Of a stretch of DNA of 64,000 nucleotides, positions 38,996-53,400 are shown in pieces. This stretch comes from Lytechinus pictus. Its lineage: Eukaryota. The notes under the pieces were generated by a model. It ran no database searches, was not told the DNA's origin, and saw only the letters and a list, made by a program, of their open reading frames with translations. Where the stretch lies: contig NC_087245.1 of the NCBI RefSeq assembly GCF_037042905.1, positions 24,430,001 through 24,494,000 on the forward strand, in the 5' to 3' direction. Position 1 is the first letter of the stretch; every line of letters begins with the position of its first letter. The position numbers were made by a program, and so were the translations under genes.

Positions 38996-41164
38996 ATAAA
39001 GGGTAATAAAGGGCTAAAAGGACTGTGATTCTTGTTTCTTTCGATCTCGTGAAAAGAACCTTGAGCCTTCGATCCTCTGGTTGCTAACCAACAAATATGT
39101 GTAGCAGTCGTGTAGTACATGTACCTCTAGCATCTCGCCCCTCCCCTCTTCATTCATCTTTCTCACTTTCTTTCTCTCTTTGTCTGTCTCTCATCTTTCT
39201 TTATCTTGCTCTCCCTTTTTTTCTCTCTATCTCAATGTCACAGGAACAATAAAATCCAAGGGTCATACTGATAATTCATTTTGTAGGAAGAAAGAATGAA
39301 TAAAGGGAGTCAATATTGAAATGATGCATGTGGTATGTTTCGATATGTAGAGACCGTTAACTTGGTTTATCTTCTACAATAATTATGGTTTCCTCTATAA
39401 CAAATTGTTTTATTTCCCTCATACCAAATGGAATATAGACAATCATGTTTTCTTTGTCAATTGTAATTATGAATTTAAATTTCTATCTGAATATGGAATT
39501 GAAGTATTGATACTGCCATTTCAAGGGTATTCATGTTAAAAGCTGCATACACGTTCCTTTCCATTTGTTTTACTTATTTTTAATTAGTCATCCTTTTGCT
39601 AGCCATCCTCTTTCTCTACACCTTCATCTTATCTTATATTTTCTCCTGAACATTCTTTTAACCCCTAGATATTTCTTTAGTCTCCCCCCCCCCCCCTGGT
39701 TGAACCTGAACTAAATTTGGAGTAAATAATCACATACAAAGCCAAATATGCGCAACCATCCTATCTGCCTCCAAAATCAACATTATTTTTAAGAACATTA
39801 GAAGGAAACCTATTAAATGTACCAGTACTTGATGTTGCTTTCTCTATGTAATTCTGTATTTCATTGTTGCGAACTGGTCATTTATTGTTCTTTGTGTGCG
39901 AAGACACTAACTGCTCAAATGAAGGGGGTGTGATTAAAAAGGGGAATTAGTGCCTTTTGTATGCTTAAATGTGATTGAAATATATGTATGTGGAGTTTTA
40001 TGGATTCACTATAATTGATAGTACATAGTTTCATAAATTTTTGAGGAAAAAAATAGCTTGTCTATATTTTTTGTTTACTTATTTCTCTGTAACGCACTGA
40101 TGAATTCTATATGAGGTAAGACAGATAACCATGTACTTATTTTATCATAGATGTACAAATTCATACATCTAGGTGACTAAATTTACCTTCAGTATATATT
40201 TTTGATGAATTTGTGGTATGTGAAGATGTTTGATATGAATTACTGTGTATTTGTGGACAATCACTCATTTTTTATCTTCAGTACAGCACAAAAAGTACTG
40301 ATATGCTAAATATGAATTTCATAGCACGTGTTTTAAACATTCATTTCTTGTTTGTTTTTTCTCTCTCTCTCTCATATCATGAACTTGTATTAATTGCCAT
40401 TTTATTGCCATTTGATTATTATTGTACATGAAACGAAGCTTTATTGAAATTTATCCTACGTGTGCTACGATCATGCTCGATGTGTAATATCTCAACTCTG
40501 TTTATGTTACGTTGAAGTGTAATCAGTTCAAAGTCGCCATATTAACCTGTAACAGTATATATTTACGCCCATTATTGGAAAATGGAATTCAAAATATCAA
40601 GTTTTTGTTTTTAATTGTTTTGACACCGTCTGTCTCAATAGAGAAGTGTTGACAGATGGAACAATGGTGCCAAAAATGACAAACATTGCTTTGTTAATGT
40701 TGTAATTTTTATTCTATGTAATCATCATGTACATCCCTTACATTCTGTTATTGGTACATGGGCATGTGTTGCAAATGATTTTTAAATCATGGCAAATTTT
40801 TCATTACTTTTCTTTATTTTTTTATAGAAGGGTTTTGCTGCTCTGACAAAGTTTTTAGTAGGTTCTTGAAAAATATTTCTAAAATTATTGAAACCTCTGT
40901 TTGAAGGGATTCACAGAGAGGTTTGGACTGTCTTGGGGTTATGAGGGATGTTCCTTTAACTTGGATGCCTTAAATGTAAAGGTGAACGTGCATATTACTT
41001 GATCAATATGTCATTTGTTTTGCTTTCATTCCTCGCAAATACCAAGAAGAATGTTACTTTGTATGCTCGATGGATTCCAGCTCAGTTGAGGATATTTGAA
41101 GTCTTGCATACATTTCTTTCCAATAATTATGTATTTTTGCCAATTGATTATGAATGGTGTATGT

Positions 41165-41410
41165 TATGAAAAAAAAAAGAACTTATCAAGTGCTTGTATC
41201 CACCATGCCATGCAGATTACTAGACATCATGGATTTTAGCCCACCCATCACAGCATTTCAAGAATGAATATCCCTACCAGGTACATGTACTTTACCTGGG
41301 ATGAGTGCAGCACAATGTAAATTAATTTCTTGCTGAAGGACACTAATTACCATGGCTGGAATACAATTACTATCGAATTTAAAGACAAGAGTCAGGACCT
41401 CAAGACTACA
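41165..41410 (-). mobile_element. tRNA-derived SINE, decayed
   Basis: shares GAGTGCAGCACA..AATTTCTTGCTGAAGG with 38720-38995. Confidence 0.6.
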
Positions 41411-42697
41411 TGTATGTTGCTATATCAGGGATACAGATAGCAGACCTCAAATATTGGGTTCAGAATGTATATGTAGTAGGATTGTTATTCATTCGCAGTA
41501 GTGGAAACATTTTAATAGATCAGAAAAAATTCTGGTTTCTCACCATGAGTGAAAATTGAAGATGGTTCTTCAAATAATGCAAATGGGTGATGAAAATATC
41601 AACAAGAGTTGGAATCGGATGCAATTCAGGCAACTTTTATTTTCAACCAAAGAAATGTGCATATTAGTAACTTTGCGATCGATTCTTTTTTATTCAGTGT
41701 AAAGGCACGTATCTGCAATGGGCCCCTGTTCATTAAATCATTTTGTTTGTAAATAAAATGGAAAAAATGAAAAACTCACAATATACAATATTCACCTATT
41801 CCATAAGCTGAACCCACAAGAGCTGCCAGTTAAGTGCCCTTGCTCATTTGGAGACCCTGATTATTGTTGTTGTTTTTTTTTCATTAAAAAGCCATTCTAA
41901 CCTTTGACCCCCCCCCCCCACCCTTAAACTGGGTCTCTGTAATAAAATACATAATGGTGTCAGCCTACCACAAAACCTCTAATCATATATATGATATGAT
42001 TGTTAGACATATGTTATACCATTGCTGCCTCTTTTATTAATATTAATCTTAATGGCTTTCCGTTTTGGTCCTTCTTTCACCCCTTTCTGGCCAGCTGTGT
42101 TGATATTCTATATATTTGTCTATAATTCTCATAATTTCATAAATACCATCCTAGTTTCAGAAGAGATTGGTATTATACTGGAGTGCACTCATGGACCCTG
42201 TCTTATAAAACTTTGCAATTATTGTAGCTATAGTGTTATTAGCTACTGGAATCTTAATATTGATTGGTTGACTGAAAGCAATTGTGTCATAACATCTTAG
42301 AACTTAATTTCCAACAGGTTTTGTGAAATGTGGTCTATGGTGGAAGTCAAATGTTTCTTGGAATTCCATGGTTTTGTCCTAAATCTGATTGATTTTTTTT
42401 TTAATACACCTTTTTTTTTTACTTTAATGGCCGAGATTTGTGGTCACGTGCCCAGTCACTTGTACAGAAACTACATGTATTTCCATGTATTTGTATTCGA
42501 TGAGAATATTGTCAGTGATCTCTCTGTACCATGTTCTGTCAGTTGATTTATTTGCATTATTTCCTCATGTATCAAATCGAAAGTAACATGTTGTGTATCA
42601 ACAAAGAGATTTGGTAGATTAAATTGACAGAAACTATATAAAACTTGTGTCATTGGTAGTTATTTCCTGTGTGTCAATTTTTTTCACATCCTATTAA

Positions 42698-43194
42698 AGG
42701 TCAAGTCCACCCCGGAAAAATGTTGATTTGAATCAAAAAAGAAAAATCCAACAAACAACACTGAAAATATCATCCAAATAAAAAAATGTAAAATTTTAAA
42801 ATTTCGCTTATTTTCACAAAAAAGGTACATGCACCACTCGGTGACATGCAAATGAAATAGTTGATGATGTCCCTCACAATTTTTTTATTGTTTGAATTGT
42901 ACAAATTTGACAAGGACAAACTTGACTGAACCACCACATATTCAGGGAGAAATAAAACCCCCTTCGCATGACAGTGAAGAAAAAAATTCGAATGTTTCAT
43001 CCAATGAAATACAAAAGAAACAGTGAGAGGTTGATGTCATCAGTTCCCTCATTTGCATACAGACCAGGGTGTGCATATAATTGTTTTGTGAAATTTGAAA
43101 ATGTCATAACTTTCTTATTTTACATTTTCACTGTTAATCTGTTGGATTTTCTCTTTGTATTCAAATCTACTTTTTGTTGAGGTGGACTTGTCCC
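42698..43194. mobile_element. Kolobok-like MITE family AGGTCAAGTCCACC copy
   Basis: TTAA|AGGTCAAGTCCACC ... GGTGGACTTGTCCC|TTAA. Confidence 0.85.
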
Positions 43195-44080
43195 TTAATA
43201 GTGACATGATAATGATGTTAATTGATATCTGCGGTGTCGGCAACTGAGCATGACACCCTTGCGTGCATTTTTTTTTTCTTTTTAAGAACTGCAGGCGAAA
43301 ATGATACTGATATTCTTTTGGTGAAATGTGGTAATTGAACTGGCTTTAATAATACTTTTGTCGCCAGTTTTAAAACCGAGAAATTATATGTTATTTGGTG
43401 GGATGATATCCAAACAGATCATATTTAAAAAAAACAGATAACTATATTGTCTTCCCCTTTCTCCTAAGCATGTAACAAAATTGACAAAGGAATATTTTTG
43501 TCTGCGATGGTCTTTTGTACATGTATGCCTAAGGTGTTTTTGTTATGTATGTACAATATATAGTCCTCTTTATCTTTGCTGGAATATAGTTTGTGCATTG
43601 GAAAAAAAACTCTTTTTCAGATCCTGACGACAGAGAAATCCTGAAAGACTGCCAATTTTCATCATGGAGTCGATACGAATAATGTAATACGATGCGAGCA
43701 GTCGCGCTAATGGATTAAGGGTGCATTATGTCATTTTACCGACCGTGGCGTCGTCCAAATTGTCTCATCGCATTTAAACCGATCATTCATCTTCAGATCA
43801 GTCATAAATATGTAGTTATGCTTTTCATCTTTCCAAGTAGTAATGGCTTCTTATTTGTCTCAATTTATAACCGGGTCAAATTTGTTGATGTATGGAAGTA
43901 GGGTGCATCTTTCTTATTGCTATTGTGTTTCGATTTCTTTTTTGTATGAAATGTTAATGATATTAATGCTGTCAGTAGTTGATGTTTGTGTTTGTTTGCT
44001 TGGTCATAGTGAGGGATGAGTGTGGAACGTGTGGCTGTAGAATATGTCGAATGTTCCCTCGACAGCGTTCTCATAATTTT

Positions 44081-44673
44081 GGGGTACTCCGGATCGAAAA
44101 TGGTTGTATTTTAAAATAGAGTAAATTTTTCTTTGCAAACCTCTGAAAATTTAATCTAAATGTGATTACAAATAACGGAAGTTATGGGCAATATTTTATG
44201 GAAGCAGTTGTATTCACGCCGTCATGAATATGCGATTTGAAGGCTAATTATGCCATATCCCACTTTCCCTTTTATGGTTTGCATGAAATCATAATTATTT
44301 CATATTTATATACCTGTGTGTATATGATAATTCCCCTTGTAATGAAACAAGTTGGAGCATTGATCATCTTACACATACAAGCAGTAGTCAATTATCATTG
44401 TATTTCCCTTTTGGAGAACATTATTTGAATAAATACAATTTCATATAATAGAATGCGAAAGAAGTTGGGATAATGACACCAACTTGCTCATTTTATATTC
44501 ATGAAGCCGTGAAAAGAATTGTCCAGTATACCGAAATAATGCAGAACTCGTCTAAGATATCATAACTCTTATTCCTTCTCCAATTTTGGTGAAAATTTCT
44601 ATTTTATTTTATATGTCAATAAAATTTACTTCGTCTGTTCAAATCGTATCATTTTCAGTCTGGCGTTTCTCTT
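44081..44673. mobile_element. Decayed MITE related to 60863-61463
   Basis: shared blocks (AATAGAGTAAA, ACAAATAACG, CATGAATAT), inverted ends. Confidence 0.55.
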
Positions 44674-44709
44674 TTAACATTAGCTGCCACCCTTCACTAC
44701 TGTAGTTGA

Positions 44710-44932
44710 TACTACTGATGCTGCTGCTACTACTACTACTACTACTATACTACTACTACTACTGTACTGCTGCTACAACTACTACTACTACCTCTACTAC
44801 TACTACTACTACTACTACTACCTCTACTACTACTACTTCTACTACTGCTACTTCTACCACCACCACCACTACTACTACTACGACTACTATTACTACCACC
44901 ACCACCAGCACTACTACTACTACTACTACTAT
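44710..44932. repeat. (ACT)n/(ACC)n microsatellite
   Basis: direct reading; explains the poly-Thr ORF 44706-44954. Confidence 0.95.
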
Positions 44933-45582
44933 TGCTCCGATTCCTTCTACTTAGGCTCGTATAAAGTGCTGCTAATTATACCCACGACGCTCCATTGAAT
45001 TCCCTCCCCTAACGATTTTATTTTTGGCAGCCTCTTCACATTTTGGTTGTGCATGCAAGCATAAAAGCTTTTTTTTTTCATTAAAACGTTTTCTTCAATG
45101 CTTCTTTATTAGATATATCAGGAAACCAGCCTCATTCCGAAGCGATACAAACTGAAAATAATAATTTGAATTCATGGAAATCTATTGCAACAACCTTGGG
45201 GCATCCTCCCAGCCTTGGGGTCCGAGGACAAAACACAAAGAACTTCGCCTTCCGCTTATTCCATATCAAGAGTCCCAGCTAACCATCTATCCATCAGATG
45301 AGACATTAAGTACCAATAACGAGCGTCGGCCCTCATGGTTAATTTTAGAGTTCATGTTTATTCAGATTGCTTATAAATGTCCTTTGCCCCTGCCCCAAAG
45401 AGGTCCTTGTGGATTGATATATCGGTTATTATGTATTCCCATTGTATGTTTTTCTTCATCCCTCTTTAATTTGTATTCCGCCTGCTTGATTTATCATTTT
45501 CCGAGTCCAACTCGTTAGTTTCCTTCCGTTCCGTACTTAGATTCGTTGTCTGTTGTTGTTGTTGTTTTTGTTAAAGATGAAA

Positions 45583-45661
45583 ATGATGATGATGATGGTG
45601 ATGGTGATGTTGATGGCGATGTTGATGGCGATGGTGATGATGATGGTGATGATGATGATGA
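45583..45661. repeat. (GAT/GGT)n microsatellite
   Basis: direct reading. Confidence 0.9.
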
Positions 45662-47689
45662 AATCACTTTCAGACTTACCCCTATAGGACTTTCACTAAA
45701 CGCACACTGAATAGCCTGAGAAAGCGTATAATGATTGAAGAATTGATATTACTTTCAAATTTAGAATTATTTTATTGACCAAGAAGAAAGCATTTTTGTT
45801 GCCCGTATGGGTCATACTCAGCTCTCGGTAAAAAAATGATCCGAAGAGGCGGGGCTTTACAATTGACCCGGGAGTAAGTTCGACCACCTATATTCAGGGT
45901 CACTGTCCCAGAACGGAATATGACTCCAAAAGACTCCCTTTCCGGGTCATCGTACTCGAAATAAAAGTATGGTAATTCATCATGGAAACATATTCTAGGT
46001 TCATAAGTGTTTTCTATTCCATCTATTTTAAATCGATCATTTTGGAATGTCCGTCGATCCAGAGACGGCCTCTTTCTAAATAAACCTATGAAACACTGTT
46101 TGAAGGTTATTTAAAACATTAAATGCACGTTACGCTTTGACCATGCTACCGTCCAAGGCCTCGAAATCGATTCATGATCGGCGTTTGTCTGTCACTTCCA
46201 AGGTATGGACTTAGTTGTTGAAAAACAACTGGAATCAGATAGATAAGGACAACACATTTAACGAAAACATTTGTCACGTTATCAGACTCTTCTGCCCTCT
46301 GTAGATGCTCTGGTGATATTTTTATGGTTATATAAATTAGGGAGGCAAGCGATCAGAATCTATTTTCCTCGGCGACGCTCAGATTTGCTGCGAAAAGGTA
46401 CTCCTCTTTGATAGTTTCTCCCATACCATGGCGGCTTTTACTAATATGGTGTCACTTCGTCCATATATATATGTCCATCCCTTTTATATTATATTTTTTT
46501 GCTCTCCTGACACCCTCGTGATCCCCCCCCCCCCCCCCCATCCGTATTCGATACAGATCTCGTGTGCGTCATTGTTGATTGCCCCCTTTTCGCTTGTCAG
46601 GGGGTTTGTAGATCCCTTTGATAATTTCTGAAATTAATTTCGTTCACTTATAGCTCTCTTTTAATGAAATAATCATTGATGATTGATCTGCCATTAATTT
46701 CTTCCATTGACTATTTTATGGGGGGGGGCACCATGGCAGTATTGTGTTTGCTTAATGATTTGCCTTTTCAAGTCAAAGGATGGATACTGTTTGAATTGCA
46801 TTTGCGTTCACGCTCGGAGAGAAAACTTCAAGTTCATAACAGTCACACCCGACATGGATTCACAGTCATTATTGCTGTTGATGAAAATAGGGAAAGCGTG
46901 CCTCGCCCTGCCCCCTCCTCAGACTATGGTCTGTGGATATGAGGATATAACTTGAGATTATATATTGCGAATGGTTTTATGCATGACTGATATACTGAGA
47001 TTGTACGGTGAGAAGAAGATTTATGATAGGTTTCTTGCATTACCGAGTATGACCACCGATTGCTATGCTCCTCTCGAAATCCAAACCTCTCTTCAGAATC
47101 CTTGATGATTCATGTGGCTTTATCGCAAGATATTATCATTATTCATAGTGGTTTTCGTTGCATAAGCCGTCCCCGTTTTGAGTATAAGTTTCAAGTGAAT
47201 GAAAAAGGTCGTAAAACCATGAAACCTCGTTTTTATTTCCTTTTAATACATCATCTCGTCGCGACGCCTGTAGCATTCAAGTTTTGGTGAAATAGCAAGC
47301 TCCCCCCCCCCCCCGAAAAAAGCACAATCGTGTACACACACGCATACATGTATATACGTGTGGGGGCATTAGTTATTAAAGATATTGAAAAAATTTGTGT
47401 TTTATTCATACTCCACAAAGCACACACACCCACACCCACACGCTCGCACAAATTATTAATAATATTTTGTTGAAGTTGTTACCTTTAATGTAATCTATCA
47501 CTTTTCTCCCCCACCCGCCCTTTCTCTCACTTAAAATGTTATTTCGTATTGTGCCTAATAAACATTGAAATGATGTCTCAATACCCCGGTCATCAGATCC
47601 TGGCTTGTCTGCACACATTGTATTCAATTCCTCCAATAATTTGGGAGCGTATACCAACAAGAGTTTCCTAACTCAGTCTCTTTGCGTAC

Positions 47690-47855
47690 GACACTGACTT
47701 TCGCAACCTACCGCGTACCCATTTAGCACCTGGTGGGATTGGCAAAGTGTGGATGGACGTATTATAGCTATAGGACGCGATGGGATTCGAACACACGACC
47801 CTCTGCTCACAAGACGAGATTGAGAGCCACTATATATACCACTGTGCTTCCACAG
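47690..47855 (-). mobile_element. tRNA-derived SINE 5' fragment
   Basis: GTACCCATTTAGCACCTGG..GGCAAAGTGTGGAT..GGGATTCGAACACACGACCCTCTG is the reverse complement of the 48172 SINE head. Confidence 0.75.
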
Positions 47856-48171
47856 TCGATACTTGACCGATATTTAGACATTTTAAATTCATCAATTTAC
47901 CTGGGGTTTTTTAATTAATCTTAGTCCCCTAATTATACTCCTATTGGAGTGATAGTAGGGACCAACCCCTTTGGAGTGAACTGTACACCCTTTTAGAGTA
48001 AATGCAATTCGCTCCAAAAGGAGTCATAATGCACTCTATAAGGATGTACAGTTCCCTCCAAAGGATTGGTACCACTCCAAGAGGAGTGTGATTACTGGAT
48101 TAGCTCTTTTGCTTTTAAAGATGCTATAATAATTGTCTACCTATATGTTTGCTTATTTATTTACTCTATTT

Positions 48172-48641
48172 GAGGAAGCGCCGTGGAGGAGCGGTTCTGA
48201 CCCTCGCCTTGTAATCAGAGGGTCGTGTGTTCGAATCCCATCATGGCCCAGCGTCCTTTGGCAAGGCGTCAATCCACACTTTGCCACTCTCACCCAGGTG
48301 CTAATTGGGTACCGGTAGGTAACAACCGTCATGTGGTTGGTTTAGCAAGTGTGCGCCTATACCTTGGTCACATTTGCTCTACGGCGGCCGTACGGCGAGT
48401 CGAAAACAGCCGTTTAAACATTTTTTGTACCAAATACATATCGATGGTTTGAATTGAAATTAATAAAACGGCTGTTTTCGACTCGCCGTATGGCCGCCGT
48501 ATATAGAGCAAATGTGACCAAGGTATAACAGGCTGCTTGAAATGCTATATGAATCCATGACCGGGTAATTATTGTGAAGCTATTTGAACAGTCGTAGATT
48601 GATAAAGCGCTATATAAATGCCAATAATTATTATTATTATT
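48172..48641 (+). mobile_element. tRNA-derived SINE interrupted by a MITE
   Basis: A-box-like GTGGAGGAGCGG, B-box GTTCGAATCCC, LINE-like 3' end AAAGCGCTATATAAATGC + (ATT)n tail. Confidence 0.85.
48360..48525. mobile_element. Short hairpin MITE inside the SINE
   Basis: about 55-bp TIR TACCTTGGTCACATTTGCTCTA..CGAGTCGAAAACAGCCGTTT, TA flanks. Confidence 0.85.
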
Positions 48642-51119
48642 AATTTATTCATTAGTTTTTGGACAAAAATATTCATTTATCTACTAAATATGTATCCATT
48701 TGTTTTTTTTTATTATTCTTTTCATATCGTCTGTTAATTATTTTTCACTTACGGAAAGGTTGATAAAATTGCGACTTTGAATTGTTTAAGATATCTAGTT
48801 TTACCTATCATTATTCAAGAAGATATCATTTCAATTATTGATCTGCCTTTGAAAGTGAAAACATAATTATAATGCTGGTTTTTACTCTAATCACATTTCT
48901 TCGTTGAAGCCACTGGATAACATAATTCAAAAGACGAGTTGTTATAATCAAAGCAGGAGCTACGCCAGGAATTTTGATCGTGTGATGGGGGGGGGGGGGC
49001 GTAAGACGGCCTAGACCTATAATTTCTGGCTTCTCTTAATTGAATCACAGTGGAATTATTCACATGTACCTCTCTTTTTGATAACTTTTTCTTCTTCTCT
49101 CTTTTTTTTCCTAGCCCCACCCTTTGATTATCCCTTTTTACTACTTGAAAAATCATGGATGGGGGGGGGGCGACCGTCCACGCCTCATGTATATAGCACC
49201 TCCCAAGAACAATGAATTAGAGTAACTTATTGTAACTAAAACTCCAAACTAATCCTTGAAATTACTTACATTTGTCATAACATGTATTGAGGTGAATGTA
49301 CGTTCGCTCATTTTTTTATTTTTGTATCATAACTAATTGGTGCATTAATATTTTTTCGAACCAAATTAATAGACCCTGTACTAGCAAAACAAAATCCCTT
49401 TATCGTAATTTGTCCACTATGATGAATACATTGAGCGCTTACAATGATTTGTGACAGGCTTAATTTTCATTGTTGCATTAGCGCTCTTTAGAAATTTAAG
49501 TCGTCACAACTGCGCTATTTCATTTATGTACAAAAAGCTACTAATGAATATATCATGTGACATGATTATAATATAGCTTATCCATTTAAAAATTAACGCA
49601 CTGCAAAGGTGAAAACAATTAAATCAAATCTTGTCAATGTGTTTTTATTCAGTAATTCATCGAGAAAAGGATTATTCAAATTATGGTTGCAGATACTGTC
49701 ATCCTTTTGTTTGGGGTGGGTGAGAAGGGGTGCTCGACCCTTGAATAAATTTCAATTGACGATTTTATATATTACGATGTCAACAAATCATTATTGTATG
49801 GCCTGTATTCGTTGTTTCTCTTTGCGTTCCTGTGGGGTAGCAACGGGAGTATGCGACCCCTTTTAAAAATTAATTACTTATTCATTCAGAGTTATTTTAC
49901 TGAGCAATATGATATTGAAGTAACTTGTGCAAAATACATTAACAATTTATGCCATGCTTACTTTTTTGTTTGATATAAATAAATATCTTTTGCATATTAA
50001 GTATAATCATCTGCCTTAATCATGTTAATGGATTAAAGTTTTAGTTCATAATTGTATTATATTTTGTATAATTTGAACTGAATGAATTTAATGAACATTA
50101 TTAAACAAAAATATTGCAATTAAAATCACAATTTTTAAAGAATTTCTATTCTTATAGTTTTATCAGCCATTAATAAAAGCGCATCATAATGCGACCAGCC
50201 ATTCTGAAACCAGCAATAAGTCACCCAAAATTAATTTTGAGATTTTTATTGAGTTTTTAACAAGCACATCCTAAGCTTTGAAATGACATCGTGGTCAAAT
50301 TTCGAATCCCGATTTAAAGCTCGCCTAATTTTGTCGGATTAAAGGAAATGAAAATGTTGGGGCGACTCCTGCATCGTGAACTAGATGAATAATATACCTT
50401 TGCCTGAAGTATGTAAAGAGTTGCAAAGTGATGAATAATAGGTCTATGGTCGTCTTGTCTGCGCCCATGATACCCTCTAAATCGCAGAATTAGAATATCA
50501 TCTTCGAAAGCAGGTGGATTATTGATAGGATATTAATAAAACAAGGCCTTGGGATTAACCTTAATCATGCTAGTATTAACAAAAATATAGTTGTTAAAAA
50601 TTCGCACTAGGATAGGCGTGCAAAATGATTATAATTCAAGAAAAATTCGCTATGGAAAGAGTGTCGTTGAATGTACTTGCACATGAATTATTCACCTATC
50701 TTTACGTCATGTTTTCCGGCTTAATCCTAATTTTAGTCCCATGTTTATATATAATGAATGATAATCTTCATGTTTATAGTTTTTTTTTACCACCGCTGAT
50801 ACGGTCTCCACTTTCTTACACCGTTAATTGCCATTGTATTCCCTATACTATACCATATACAGGAACTTTTAATTCAACTCTATTTTTCTCACATCAATAT
50901 CGTTTAACAATGGATTTTGAAATACAAGAAATAGGGGTTGCAGTGTGTATATAAGTAAACTTCGCATAGTTCATGAAGTCCTATTCATATTCATGACTAC
51001 CGAATCTTACTTCATTTTCGTACCATTTCTTGTGTTGGGCATTTATAATTCACAGAGTGCCATAGAAAAAACCACAGAGAGATCGTACTGTGATCTTATA
51101 AAATATCCAACGATGCACC

Positions 51120-51420
51120 TGCATTGATCGTAGGCTGTCTGTATAATTCCCATGCGGTGATCGTACGATGCATGTAGGCCTGTACGTTGTGTGGTATTCC
51201 TGACCCTATCGTACGATGTTTGTATAACTTCGCGCTAAATAATTTCGTAAACCCCACAATGATCGTGAATCCGTACGTAATTCGTAATATGATCGGTGTA
51301 TGCCACCCTCGGGAGATCGGACGATTAGCTAGATACGATCATCCTACTGGCACCCAGATCATGAATCATAAAATTTGTGATACTTCATTTGGTACGATAC
51401 AGTTTTTGAAAATAATATTA
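51120..51420. repeat. Decayed repeat with recurrent ATCGTACGAT-like units
   Basis: several GATCGTA/TACGAT units in a CpG-rich patch; termini not resolved. Confidence 0.4.
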
Positions 51421-51491
51421 CATGATTTGTATAATGAGTTCAAGTGATTGGTTCGAATTATTTTTACAATTGTTACTTTGTGAACTGTATT

Positions 51492-51740
51492 CACTCTAAA
51501 AAAATATTGGGCAAAAGTGCTCCATGAGGGTAATTATCTGTCCAACCAACATTGGACATTTCTTTTGGGCATTTTTTTTTCCAGTGCAAAAATTTTGCCC
51601 ATTCGAAAGTAATTGTTGCTTATTTTTTAACCTTACTGGACAATATGATTCCCGTATTGGGTAAAATATTGCCCAAGATTGGTTGGACACATAATTACCC
51701 TCGTGGTGGTAAAACTTTGACCCAATATTTTCTTACAGTG
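51492..51740. mobile_element. CACT...AGTG MITE (EnSpm/CACTA-like)
   Basis: TIR CACTCTAAAAAAATATTGGG / CCCAATATTTTCTTACAGTG, 2-bp TT flanks. Confidence 0.75.
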
Positions 51741-52934
51741 TTGTATGAATTTGATTTGAGCAAAAAACGATAAAATATCTTTAAAAAAAAACGGTGGTGA
51801 ACATGTCGTATAAGATGTTATTTATGAGCCTTCTTTACAAACACGACTCGCCTGATTATCATAATGATGGTGATGAAAAAAAAAGAATTATAATGCTTTG
51901 AATATGTTCAAATAAGCAGATGGATGGTTTAAATCATTTTAAAAAGTTCTTGGAATTTTCGTCGTTCCATCTGCTGACAAAAAATTCTTGCAACCAACGT
52001 GACCGATTTCGCAGACTGACTTAGCCCTGTAGAACTACTTTCTCAATGAATAGATGCATACGTCCGTGTAATAAAGACAAGTGCTCTTAGAAAGAGGACA
52101 ATTTATTCGACTATACGTTGACCTTTCTTACACTAAACCTACTTTTTTCAATAATTATAGGGTTCCATACGCAATCGCTAGCATTTCCTTTTGCAAAATT
52201 GATGAAACGATGACGTGAAAATATTAATAATTGAGAAATCCGTGCCATGAAGGAAAAACCCAACAGAGCGGCTTGAAAATTATGATTGCTTGTTCTATAT
52301 CTCATTGTATAAAGTGAACTAAGAATATTTCAAAAAGAGACAACGGGTCTGTTAATATCTTCAAATCTATTGATCTCTAATACCGACCCTCACATATCCT
52401 CTCTTTTCTTATTAACCTAATTACCCTATGACTACAATGGGTAATTAAACCATAGGCCGTTCTGCGATTCCAGTGTAGTTTGTTCTTTTTAATAATCATA
52501 TATAACTAATATAGCTGATAAATTGTTATTTCCTGGAGTACTGGTGAATCTAAATACACCTCATTTAATTATTTTGTCTGTGTGAAATATTTGTGTTTTT
52601 TATTCTTTCTTTTTTTCTAGACTACAAGCACCGGTGTATAGACGGGGGTTGGGGTGTGCACTATGTATTTTTTTCTGAGTATAATGTTGAATTCTATCAA
52701 AAAACTAAAAATCCATTTTTTTAAAGTAAAAATTGTCCCCCTCTCGCCTCACTCGCTCGTAATTTTCATTTCCCCACACACACAATGTTCGCCTCCCCCT
52801 AATTTTTGTTTGCTCATTGCGCCTCTGTTCTGGTCTCTTTATCAAACCGGCAACTTTAACTTCACAATATGGCAATTAGTAGGCCTAAACTTTAAAAAAA
52901 TTAGCCCCCTCCCGTAAGTAAGTGACGATAGCGA

Positions 52935-53400
52935 ATGAGGGAGGAGAGAGGAGAGGAGAGCCAACAGCGAAATAGGGGGTGGTAGAGAGAGAGGTTGAAA
53001 GGAGAGAGAGAGAGAGGGTGAAAGGAGAGAGAGATAGGGGGGGCGTAAAACAGAAGGCTATAGAGAGATTGTAATTATCACCCTTCCAGGTCACGTCATC
53101 CTACAGTTCACTGCGCCTGTCGACATGCAGCTCGAGATATATCGAGGTACAGTCCGACAGCGTGCTGCATCTTGCTCGCTATAGATCCTCCACCTCAACG
53201 ATGAACTTCCCAGCTCCTCACACCATCGCCTGAAAGGTATCAATTGAGAGTGAGAAAAAGGAGGGTCGACTGCCCACCTCTTATGACCTTCGATTCCTCA
53301 AATTATTCCCAGAACACAAATAATTCAGCAACAGTGTCAAGAAATCGTTGGAGATGAAAAGCGTTCGGTCTTGAGTATGTTTTCGTGAAAGTCACACCCT
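52935..53400. promoter_or_regulatory. Possible promoter or first exon of a neighbouring gene
   Basis: GA-rich tract followed by a non-repetitive CpG-rich patch with CACGTCAT and CAGTT; no coding support. Confidence 0.25.

Noticed and set aside
44706..44954. Mucin-like poly-Thr ORF, and similar low-complexity ORFs at 54521, 59531 and 60027
   Set aside because: Translations of microsatellites
46320..46460. TATA box plus ACCATGGCG start of a new gene
   Set aside because: The following ORF is uninformative and no downstream exons could be linked
48172..48250. tRNA gene
   Set aside because: tRNA-like head continues into a SINE body and tail; no clean acceptor stem or T-run terminator
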